Below, piece after piece: positions 1-7,232 of a DNA stretch of 29,984 bases. Numbering within the stretch: the first letter of the stretch is position 1; each line of letters opens with the position of its first letter. This DNA is from Nanobdellati archaeon (lineage in GTDB: Archaea; B1Sed10-29; JAGVWA01): NCBI GenBank assembly GCA_018304505.1, contig JAGVWA010000010.1, positions 1 to 29,984 on the forward strand. The letters run 5' to 3'. The notes beneath the pieces were generated by a model. That model saw only the letters and a list, made by a program, of their open reading frames with translations. It made no database searches and had not been told where the DNA came from. The translations under genes and the position numbers were made by a program.

Positions 1-1083
1 ATTGAATTCATTGCAGACTACGCAACCAGAGACATAACACACTCAAACACAAAAGAACAACAAGACTACTGGATCGCATACATGCAAGGATACGCACAAG
101 GCGGCACAACAAAAGCCCTCGAAGAATACAAAAAAATAAAATACCAAGAACACCCAGAACTACCACCAGCCTGGCAACAAGACACAATCAAAACAGGCCT
201 CGACGCCCCCACAACAACCACCGAAGTCAAAAACAAACGCAACGCCATACTACAAGAACTCAAAAGCGCCAAAAAAGAACCACTAGAAAACCTCACCCCA
301 GAAGAACAAACAAAAATCACGGAAACACTCCAAAAAATAAGCAAACAACTCAGCACACTACCAGAACAAAAAATCGAAGCACACAGAGAACAAATATCCA
401 ACGCAGCCCAAGAAGCCCTCAAAAAACTAGACACCATACCCAACGCAGCAATCATCACAGACTACATCAACAACATAATGCGCATCATAGACGAAGGCAA
501 AAACACCCTACGCACAGACACCTACCTAACAGACGACCCAAGACTCACCACCATGTACGCAGACAAAATCAGCGACACCAGCTGCAACAACATAAACAAC
601 CTAGGCTCTGAACATACAAAAGCCAGAGCACGAATCATACACGACGCCAGATCAAGAATACTCTACGTAGGCACATCAGAAAACGAATTCCTATCCAGAA
701 CCATAATCAACAACTGGCCCGTCAACAACACACCCGAAATAGTAGTACAAAGCTTCTACGGGCTCACCCGAGAATCACTAATGCCCATCATCATCACAGA
801 ACTACTAGAACTCGCCGAAAGGTGCAAGCAACCACTCAACATCCTACAAGAAACACAAAAAGGAAGCAACAAACAATACCTTGAAGACCCCCGAGTACAA
901 GAAATACTACGCCAAAAGGGCTTCACAATAAAAGAAACCACAGTAACAATAACAATACCAGAATCAAAATTCGGGCCCACATACCTCGACACAGGATTCC
1001 AAACCATGGACCAAGGAACCATCACACAAAAAGTCTACCGAATCACCCCCCCAAAAAAAACAGGAGCAATAAAACCAAAATAA
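1..1083 (+). CDS. Hypothetical protein, 5'-partial (frame open from the window edge)
   Basis: Frame 1 has no stop from base 1 (IEFIADYATRDI...WIAY) into the listed 82..1083 ORF. Third codon positions are strongly A/C biased. No family recognised. Confidence 0.7.
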   Translation: MEFIADYATRDITHSNTKEQQDYWIAYMQGYAQGGTTKALEEYKKIKYQEHPELPPAWQQDTIKTGLDAPTTTTEVKNKRNAILQELKSAKKEPLENLTPEEQTKITETLQKISKQLSTLPEQKIEAHREQISNAAQEALKKLDTIPNAAIITDYINNIMRIIDEGKNTLRTDTYLTDDPRLTTMYADKISDTSCNNINNLGSEHTKARARIIHDARSRILYVGTSENEFLSRTIINNWPVNNTPEIVVQSFYGLTRESLMPIIITELLELAERCKQPLNILQETQKGSNKQYLEDPRVQEILRQKGFTIKETTVTITIPESKFGPTYLDTGFQTMDQGTITQKVYRITPPKKTGAIKPK

Positions 1084-1096
1084 GAGCACACATAGC

Positions 1097-1110
1097 AAAG
1101 TTATTTAAAC
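1097..1110 (+). promoter_or_regulatory. BRE/TATA promoter of the C/D sRNA
   Basis: AAAG-TTATTTAAAC lies about 25 nt upstream of the sRNA 5' stem. Confidence 0.6.
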
Positions 1111-1131
1111 CCCAAAAACACGAATAATATT

Positions 1132-1193
1132 GGCAATGAGGATACCGTCCCGGACTGATTTGGACACATGAAGAACGGAGTAACTACTGAGCC
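1132..1193 (+). ncRNA. Box C/D methylation-guide sRNA
   Basis: GGC, C box ATGAGGA (1136-1142), 12-nt guide, D' CTGA (1155-1158), C' ATGAAGA (1168-1174), 12-nt guide, D CTGA (1187-1190), GCC. It has a terminal stem and an upstream TATA. Confidence 0.85.
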
Positions 1194-1198
1194 GCTGA

Positions 1199-1915
1199 CT
1201 ACTCTTGCGCTTCTCGAATTCTCTCCATGATCGTCAGCGCGGCCTCTGCTGGATCGGGGGCGTTGTAGATCGCCCTGCCGATTGTTTCGAAGTTAGCGCC
1301 CGCCTTGACGGCTTCACCGTAATTGCCCTGCGTGTTGGCCGCAAAAATCAGGATGTCATCCCCAACAAAACTGCGCACTTGGGTAATGTCATCAGGCCGT
1401 GCACTGGGCACGGTTACGCCGGCAGCGCCGAGGTCCTTGGCAAGCATGCTCAACGGAATCAAGTTGGGGGCCAAGAATTCTGAATTTGCCTCTTCCTGCG
1501 TCACGACCAGAATGATGCCCTTGTTGGGAAATTCTTTCATCATTGCTTGTATCGGATCACTGCCAATGAAAGCGTGCGCGGTAATCGCACTAAAATTTAC
1601 ATTGAACGCATGCTCTGCAATGATATTGTTTATATAAGTAATGTCCGCAAGCTTAAAATCAGCAATGAACGGCACCTTGACTTCCTTGATGAGCTGCTTA
1701 ATCGGATATAAACCGACGGCGTCAATCAGGGGCCTGTTCACCTTGATTGCGGCAACGTACTTTCGCAAGCCCCGGCAGATCTGGAACGATTGCTGCAGCA
1801 GGTTCTGCTGGTCCCTTTCCGACGAAATTGGCTTGGATATGTCTAGATTGAAAACTAGATTGGTTTCTTTTTTCCACGCGTCCTTTAGAATCCTCTTTTG
1901 GAATTCATTCTGCAT
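1199..1915 (-). CDS. pyrF: Orotidine 5'-phosphate decarboxylase
   Basis: Motifs DFKLADI (DxKxxDI), AIKVN, TAHAFIG and IGRAIYNA. Start placed at ATG 1915 after a GGAG-rich SD; the ORF track extends to 1993. The usual PG(V/I)GAQG loop reads AANTQG. Confidence 0.85.
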   Translation of the reverse strand: MQNEFQKRILKDAWKKETNLVFNLDISKPISSERDQQNLLQQSFQICRGLRKYVAAIKVNRPLIDAVGLYPIKQLIKEVKVPFIADFKLADITYINNIIAEHAFNVNFSAITAHAFIGSDPIQAMMKEFPNKGIILVVTQEEANSEFLAPNLIPLSMLAKDLGAAGVTVPSARPDDITQVRSFVGDDILIFAANTQGNYGEAVKAGANFETIGRAIYNAPDPAEAALTIMERIREAQE

Positions 1916-1993
1916 ACTGAAAAACCCTCTCCTACTCCTGATTGGTCTCCTCGCCTGTTTAGAAACAAAAGCGTTGCAAATTTGAGTAAACAC

Positions 1994-2013
1994 GATAGCT
2001 TTATAAAGCTATC
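1994..2013. promoter_or_regulatory. Perfect 20-bp palindrome centred on a TATA-like core
   Basis: GATAGCTTTATAAAGCTATC is its own reverse complement and lies between the divergent pyrF and tRNA-Thr. Confidence 0.55.
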
Positions 2014-2114
2014 CATAGAAAATAATTCTCAAAATGCACTTTCCTTAGAAACTAAAAAGCAAGGTCACATTATTTATATCCCTTCTTCTATATATATCTT
2101 CGTCATAATTGCAC

Positions 2115-2231
2115 GCCTCAGTGGCTCAGTCTGCAAAGGAGCAAGCTCTTTGCTTGTCATCCTGGCAGGAGAAGTGGTAGAGCGACTGCCTTGTAAGCAG
2201 TAAGTCGTGGGTTCAATTCCCACCTGAGGCT
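2115..2231 (+). tRNA. tRNA-Thr(UGU) with a 45-nt D-loop intron (predicted 15/16, 2130-2174)
   Basis: Acceptor GCCTCAG/CTGAGGC, anticodon arm ACTGC-CTTGTAA-GCAGT, T arm GTGGG-TTCAATT-CCCAC. Removing 45 nt restores the D arm GCTC-AGTGGTA-GAGC. Confidence 0.92.
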
Positions 2232-2253
2232 CTCTTAATTTTGCCTTAGCAGT

Positions 2254-2478
2254 TCATGCCTTGAGACGCCTTGATTCTTTTATCATTCTACCAACGTCTC
2301 TATCGCTTAGCTTTCTGGCTCTTGCTTCTGACCTCAGCGGTTTCATGACCTTATCCCAGTCCTTTAACGCAGGGAGTTCCAGCTGCTTCAGGACTATTGA
2401 ATCATTCAACAAAAACACCGCGAACCTGTTTCCAGCTTGCAGATGTGTTCCAAAACCGATAAATACAACAAAAATCAT
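2254..2478 (-). pseudogene. AbrB/MazE/SpoVT-like protein remnant lacking the N-terminal strand
   Basis: HLQAGNRFAVFLLNDSIVLKQL followed by a helical tail resembles the second half of archaeal AbrB-type proteins. No S-x-K-G-Q-I-x-I-P motif is present upstream. Confidence 0.5.
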
Positions 2479-2507
2479 AATGTATTAAAATGTACTAGTG
2501 AGATGCT

Positions 2508-2657
2508 ATGGCAAAACCGATACGGCCAACACCCACACTGCGCGGCGATGACGCTATAAAATTTCTTAAGAACATGCTCCTTGAAGAAAAAAAACCAAAC
2601 CCAAAAAGAATAAAATTCATTGAAGACTCTCTAAAAATTGATTTCAAGGCCTACTGA
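2508..2657 (+). CDS. 49-aa micro-protein (below ORF-track cutoff), candidate partner/antitoxin of the adjacent GNAT
   Basis: MAKPIRPTPTLRGDDAIKFLKNMLLEEKKPNPKRIKFIEDSLKIDFKAY*. A GTGAG SD-like sequence and TATTAAA lie upstream. It overlaps the GNAT 3' end by 14 nt. Confidence 0.7.
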   Translation: MAKPIRPTPTLRGDDAIKFLKNMLLEEKKPNPKRIKFIEDSLKIDFKAY

Positions 2658-3186
2658 CATCAAAATACATCGGCGTGGTCCCCTTTTGCCTCTCTTTTAA
2701 AATAACAAAACCAAGCTTCTTGTAGAAATGTATCGCGTCTTTCGACCTGTCGGTGTTTCTCTTGGCATCAATTGTTATGAATCTGCAACCAGCAATCTCC
2801 CCATACAGCTGGTCTGCTTTATTCACGGCAAAACTTATCATCAATTTTCCGATGCCCATTCTCAGAAAGTGATCATCAACACACAATCGCCCTATTTTCA
2901 AAGCTGGCAACGCCTTGTAATTAATTCCCTTGCCCCTAAAATAGGATTTAAGATTCCCTTCCAGGTGGATCCGATCTGTCAACATTGTTATATACCCAAC
3001 CAAGTTCCCACAATAGAACCATAGGTAAGTAACTGATACCCGCTTTTCCTGATTGTCCAAGGCATCCTCAAAAAGAAATTTTACTAATTCAAGCTCGTAT
3101 GATTTAAAGCTATGCAGATCATGATTTTTATTCAACCTTTCTATCCTAATATCGCTAGCTATAATCTCCTCGGCTGGTTTTCTCAA
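2644..3186 (-). CDS. GNAT acetyltransferase (AtaT/TacT-like)
   Basis: PALKIGRLCVD...RMGIG acetyl-CoA motif, GCRFITIDAK and AIHFYKKLGF. Confidence 0.88.
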   Translation of the reverse strand: MRKPAEEIIASDIRIERLNKNHDLHSFKSYELELVKFLFEDALDNQEKRVSVTYLWFYCGNLVGYITMLTDRIHLEGNLKSYFRGKGINYKALPALKIGRLCVDDHFLRMGIGKLMISFAVNKADQLYGEIAGCRFITIDAKRNTDRSKDAIHFYKKLGFVILKERQKGTTPMYFDVSRP

Positions 3187-3355
3187 AATCTCACATCCGT
3201 GCTAGGCATACAATAGTTGTGACCAACTAAGAATAAATTGATTTTGCAACTTTATCCAGTTTACACTAGTTTAAACAAGAAACAGTTATTATCGAGGCAG
3301 CCCCGACCTCAAAGCTTAATAAACCATGACGATGATATACTACGCAGTGATGTGA

Positions 3356-3697
3356 ATGACAGTTAAGATATGGAAAATCGACCGGGATAAAGTTAGGGAG
3401 CTGAACAAGGTCCTGGAAGCACCGGAAATCGCAGACGCTGAAGGCAAGATCATACTGAACCAGTTTGCGCGCAACGGCTACCAACTGAAAGACGGAAAAA
3501 TCATTGGCTTTGAAGAGTCAAAGAATTACCTGTACATCGAGGCCTCGGATGAATTCTTCATGGAGAACGCGAAGAAAATCGACATGCCTGGCGTGACTGA
3601 GCTTTCTGGCGAGGAATTCGAAACGGTTAAGAAAAAAATCGAGGAAGAGCAGGCGGACTCCATTGCAGGCATGGGTTCTGTTTTCGAGGGCTTCTAG
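3356..3697 (+). CDS. Conserved-looking archaeal hypothetical protein with a stalk-like C-terminus
   Basis: Clean 113-aa ORF with an upstream AAAGCTTAATAAA promoter and GTGA SD. It ends EEEQADSIAGMGSVFEGF. Confidence 0.8.
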   Translation: MTVKIWKIDRDKVRELNKVLEAPEIADAEGKIILNQFARNGYQLKDGKIIGFEESKNYLYIEASDEFFMENAKKIDMPGVTELSGEEFETVKKKIEEEQADSIAGMGSVFEGF

Positions 3698-3704
3698 CAT
3701 GCAG

Positions 3705-3751
3705 AAAAACAGATTTGCCGCATCGGGCTTTGCTTGATGCAACTGTTTTTT
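3705..3751 (+). terminator. Hairpin plus T-run after the 113-aa gene
   Basis: AAAAACAG...GCATCGGGC-TTT-GCTTGATGC...CTGTTTTTT. Confidence 0.5.
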
Positions 3752-3811
3752 CCCGCTTGTAGCAATCAAAAGCGTGAACATTTAAATAGATTAAGACAGT
3801 GATAATATACA

Positions 3812-4084
3812 ATGAAAAGCGTTATATCCTTTCCAGTAGTTCTCGGCAGGGAAGGCAAATGGCACACTGCATATTGCCCAACCCTGGATTTGGCAACTCA
3901 GGGGAAGACACAAGATGAAGTCATACTGAATATGCAAGACATGATTCAGGAATACTTGGAGGATCCAGAAATACCAAAGCCAAAGATCAGCAGAACCTCA
4001 CTATCCATTTCTATAACAAGCGTACCAGTAAAAATCCCAAAGGGTGAAAAGCATCCAGAAGTTGCGGCCATTGTCACAGCGTAA
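3812..4084 (+). CDS. hicB: HicB-family antitoxin
   Basis: EGKWHTAYCPTLDLATQGKTQDEVILNMQDMIQEYL pattern. It overlaps the downstream HicA. Confidence 0.85.
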   Translation: MKSVISFPVVLGREGKWHTAYCPTLDLATQGKTQDEVILNMQDMIQEYLEDPEIPKPKISRTSLSISITSVPVKIPKGEKHPEVAAIVTA

Positions 4085-4250
4085 AGTCATAAGTGTTCTC
4101 GAACAAAACGGCTTTGTGAAAATCAGGTCAAGGCGCCACATAACATTCAGGAAGCAGACAACTGGTAAGGTACTGACAACTTGGGTTCCACATCACAATG
4201 AAGTAACTGCCTTTACATTAAACCACATAACAAAACAAACAGGGATCTAA
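4044..4250 (+). CDS. hicA: HicA-family toxin, probably C-terminally truncated by a TAA
   Basis: LSQRKVISVLEQNGF...H-I-T-F...VPHHNEV...TLNHITKQTGI. The frame continues *IEEFYIPDRKKQKK* to 4295. Confidence 0.8.
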   Translation: MKSIQKLRPLSQRKVISVLEQNGFVKIRSRRHITFRKQTTGKVLTTWVPHHNEVTAFTLNHITKQTGI

Positions 4251-4353
4251 ATCGAGGAGTTCTATATACCGGACCGCAAAAAGCAGAAGAAGTAATAGAC
4301 GGCTCTACGGGTGCTGCTTTTATTATTGATTCGATAATATATTTAGTCATAAC

Positions 4354-4452
4354 GGGCTCATCGGCTAGTCTGGTAGGCTTCCAGCTTCGGATCCACCTCA
4401 TTCACGAGGGGCGAAACAGCTGGCGACCTGAGTTCAAATCTCAGTGGGCCCA
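4354..4452 (+). tRNA. tRNA-Pro(CGG) with a 26-nt 37/38 intron (4392-4417)
   Basis: Acceptor GGGCTCA/TGGGCCC-A, anticodon stem CCAGC/GCTGG, BHB with central helix TTCG/CGAA and bulges GAT and ACA, T arm CTGAG-TTCAAAT-CTCAG. Confidence 0.9.
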
Positions 4453-4517
4453 TCAAGGGGGCTTCCTCTTTACACACAACGTTTTTATTTACAGCAAATG
4501 ATAATCTATACTGAAAC

Positions 4518-4635
4518 CCCGACTTAGCTCAGCGGTAGAGCGCCTGGCTGTAGTATGGAACGCAGCATCTCGATTTCGAGACGCAGCTCCAGGTCAGTTA
4601 CCGGGAGACCGCCGGTTCAAATCCGGCAGTCGGGA
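4518..4635 (+). tRNA. tRNA-Tyr(GUA) with a 46-nt 37/38 intron (4554-4599)
   Basis: C1-G72 acceptor CCCGACT/AGTCGGG-A, CCTGG-CT-GTA-G...A-CCGGG, T arm GCCGG-TTCAAAT-CCGGC. The intron has a TCTCGA/TCGAGA hairpin. Confidence 0.93.
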
Positions 4636-4673
4636 CTCAACCACAGTACTATGGTGACGCTTACGGTGATGCA

Positions 4674-5264
4674 ATGATTTCAAAAGGCCTTCGCTTGCTA
4701 TTGATTTTCGACGCAATCAGCATTCTCATCGCCGGCATGTTTGGTCCGTTGTATGGGATCTTTGTCGAACGCATCGGCGGCGACATTCTCCAAGCGAGTT
4801 CAATATGGACCGCCTTTCTGTTTACAGCAGGCGTCCTAACCTTCGTACTCAGCAGATGGGTAGATAGCCACAGGCATTATAGAAAGTTGCTTCTTGCAAA
4901 CTATGCCATGCAAACCATAGGCTATATCGGCTACTTGTTTGTGCAGAACCCATTGACCCTGCTGATTGTACAGGTTGTGTTCGGTGTTGCCCGGGCGCTG
5001 GGGTCACCGGCATATGATGCGCTGTACAGCATTAACACTGACAGGAAACACCCTGCGTACAGCTGGGGCTTGTGGGAATCTATGCAGCCAATAACAACCG
5101 CTGCCGGTGCCTTGATCGGCGGGCTTGTGGCCAGCATCTATGGTTTCTCGACGCTGTTCATGCTGATGAGCATTGTCTCGCTGATGTCCCTTGCATACAT
5201 TGTCATTAATGCTCCAAAGATACCAGAATCCACAATACGTGCCAGTATGAGCAAAGCGTTTTAA
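4674..5264 (+). CDS. Half-size (about 6 TM) MFS-type membrane protein
   Basis: Hydrophobic helices, the MFS motif-A-like SRWVDSHRHYRK, and GALIGG near the C-terminus. Confidence 0.8.
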   Translation: MISKGLRLLLIFDAISILIAGMFGPLYGIFVERIGGDILQASSIWTAFLFTAGVLTFVLSRWVDSHRHYRKLLLANYAMQTIGYIGYLFVQNPLTLLIVQVVFGVARALGSPAYDALYSINTDRKHPAYSWGLWESMQPITTAAGALIGGLVASIYGFSTLFMLMSIVSLMSLAYIVINAPKIPESTIRASMSKAF

Positions 5265-5289
5265 ACCCAAACCCCCAAGAAAATAAGAT

Positions 5290-5362
5290 GCTCCGATAGT
5301 CTAGTGGCCTAGGATGCGAGACTGTCACTCTTGCGACCCGGGTTCAAATCCCGGTCGGGGCG
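5290..5362 (+). tRNA. tRNA-Asp(GUC), intronless
   Basis: GCTCCGA/TCGGGGC-G, CGAGA-CTGTCAC-TCTTG and CCGGG-TTCAAAT-CCCGG. TTTTAAA lies about 25 nt upstream. Confidence 0.95.
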
Positions 5363-5377
5363 TCATGGTGATGACAT

Positions 5378-6124
5378 ATGCTAAAAACAGTACCCGTAAC
5401 AGTATCAGTCGTTCTGCTCGCTATCGTAGCATATGCAATGCTCTCAACAACCACTGGCGTGTTACAAGGCAACAGTGTTAATGAGAACCTCAGTGATGAT
5501 GACATAATCAAGGCCTATAACGCACTTCCAGAGCAAGCAAAGCAACTTTATTTCCAGCAAAGCGATGAACTTACAAAAGCTGTGCCTGAAAGGCTTGTCG
5601 AGCTTGATAAACTTAATATTGGCTGTTTTGGTCCAAGCACTATTATAGGAATGTCAAGCAGCGAGATGAATCTCGGGGGACAGTGCTGCGGAGCACTGAA
5701 AAACTTAGACGCTTACGATGCCCAACTGCTGGCACTAAAAAACTTCATTGACGAAAACGGTGCACTGGACTTCATACCACTTGACCCATACAACATTTCT
5801 ATTGAACATGCTAAGGCCCTCATTGCTTTTGACAGTTCAATATCGTTATCTGCAGCGCAACAGCAGCTGTACGACGAAGCTGTTGAAATGTCCCACCACG
5901 GTGGCCCCTGCTGCTGCAAATGCTGGAAATGGTACGTGATGTCAGGGCTTGCGAAAAAACTCATCGTAGATCATGATTGGGATTCGCACCACATCGCGCA
6001 GCTATGGGACTTTTCGAGCTCCTGCGGCCATGAAGAGGACACAAACATGCATGAGCACTACACCAGCGCCAGCAACCAAACGCACGATGATGCACATGAT
6101 AGTGCACACAACAGCATGCAGTGA
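5378..6124 (+). CDS. Exported/membrane-anchored Cys- and His-rich hypothetical protein
   Basis: N-terminal hydrophobic segment, GGQCCG, HHGGPCCCKCWKW, SSSCGH and a His/Asp-rich tail. A GGTGA SD precedes the start. Confidence 0.8.
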   Translation: MLKTVPVTVSVVLLAIVAYAMLSTTTGVLQGNSVNENLSDDDIIKAYNALPEQAKQLYFQQSDELTKAVPERLVELDKLNIGCFGPSTIIGMSSSEMNLGGQCCGALKNLDAYDAQLLALKNFIDENGALDFIPLDPYNISIEHAKALIAFDSSISLSAAQQQLYDEAVEMSHHGGPCCCKCWKWYVMSGLAKKLIVDHDWDSHHIAQLWDFSSSCGHEEDTNMHEHYTSASNQTHDDAHDSAHNSMQ

Positions 6125-6158
6125 CACAGAGTTAACCGACACTGGTTTAAACCAGTTG
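6060..6158 (+). repeat. 99-bp direct repeat, copy 1
   Basis: ACACCAGCGCC...ACTGGTTTAAACCAGTTG is identical to 7232-7330. Confidence 0.95.
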
Positions 6159-6295
6159 GCAAAATCGTTATAAACAACAATTGACATAACTAATTCATAC
6201 GCAGGACAGATTGGGCCTAGCCCCCCGGCGACCCCAACTTTAATATAGCTCTGCAAGCCTAGTATCATAAGTAATAAAATAAATGGGTAAACACT

Positions 6296-6538
6296 ATGGA
6301 ACTAGTATCACTGAAAAGCATGCCCCTGGAGGCAAAGGTGGGCCTACTAAAAGAACTTGGCTACAACTCAGACAAAAGATTTGTACTCGGGCAAGACGGT
6401 TCGAGGACAAAGGACCCATACACCGAAACTGAGGTTGAACTATCGAACATGCTCATCCTTCCAGGCAGCACACTGATTCTCGACAACAACCCCTTGAGCA
6501 TAGCTGCTTATCTCGAGGAATACCCCGATGCCCTCTGA
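6296..6538 (+). CDS. Hypothetical protein (80 aa)
   Basis: Clean ORF whose end overlaps the start of the next gene. Confidence 0.75.
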   Translation: MELVSLKSMPLEAKVGLLKELGYNSDKRFVLGQDGSRTKDPYTETEVELSNMLILPGSTLILDNNPLSIAAYLEEYPDAL

Positions 6539-7232
6539 AAACAGAATAATAGAAGAAGCAGCTAGGGGGGCGACAAAGGGGGCACTTGAATTCACAGAGG
6601 AAAAGATAAAGCAATACGCTAAGCGCTTTCTGAATAAGGAAGTGGGCTTTATCGAAGACACTGAGATCATTGACTTGGTTAAGGCACAACGAAAGAGGCC
6701 TGAACTAACATTCTTACGTAAATACGTAAAAAACCCCGAACATCTGCTACAAATTCAAATGGGGTATACCCTAAGAAAGCTAGAAGAAAACAAAGATGCT
6801 CAGGGCCTACAAAAACTTCGGCAGGCATTGCTTAAACGCTATGGCAAACGGGGACTACACGTTGCCCAACTTGCACAACGGGGAATTCTAAACAAATCAT
6901 TTTTCCAGGTTGCAGGGCTATCAGAAAACGATGCAGAATTAGAAGAAGTCTTTACGGAATTCCTAGAAAACACAGATAAATATTTCATATTCATACAGGC
7001 AACTGACAACCCCCTGCGGCTCAAAAACACAATAAACGCAAGGCTGGAAACAGGTATGCCTCAAATAATGGTCATCTTTAGCAAAGGCAAACCCGCCATG
7101 GGCAATGCAAAGTCATTAGTGCAGCTCCTAAAGAAATCACTAAACATCGACTATGCCTTTGAGCGATACGAAGACAACTCCCAGCAGTATGATTTCATAA
7201 TGCGAAAAACGACATACCCAAATTTATCCTGA
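6528..7232 (+). CDS. Hypothetical protein (234 aa)
   Basis: Long ORF, apparently translationally coupled to the 80-aa gene. Its stop codon abuts repeat copy 2. Confidence 0.8.
   Translation: MPSENRIIEEAARGATKGALEFTEEKIKQYAKRFLNKEVGFIEDTEIIDLVKAQRKRPELTFLRKYVKNPEHLLQIQMGYTLRKLEENKDAQGLQKLRQALLKRYGKRGLHVAQLAQRGILNKSFFQVAGLSENDAELEEVFTEFLENTDKYFIFIQATDNPLRLKNTINARLETGMPQIMVIFSKGKPAMGNAKSLVQLLKKSLNIDYAFERYEDNSQQYDFIMRKTTYPNLS

Noticed and set aside
1898-2203. 101-aa + strand ORF across the pyrF promoter
   Set aside because: It overlaps the pyrF start, the promoter region and tRNA-Thr, and has no protein-like features.
4596-4606. Partial complementarity of both C/D guides to the pre-tRNA-Tyr 3' splice region (AGTTAC, CCGGGA)
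   Set aside because: The matches are only about 6 bp each, too short for guide function and likely chance.
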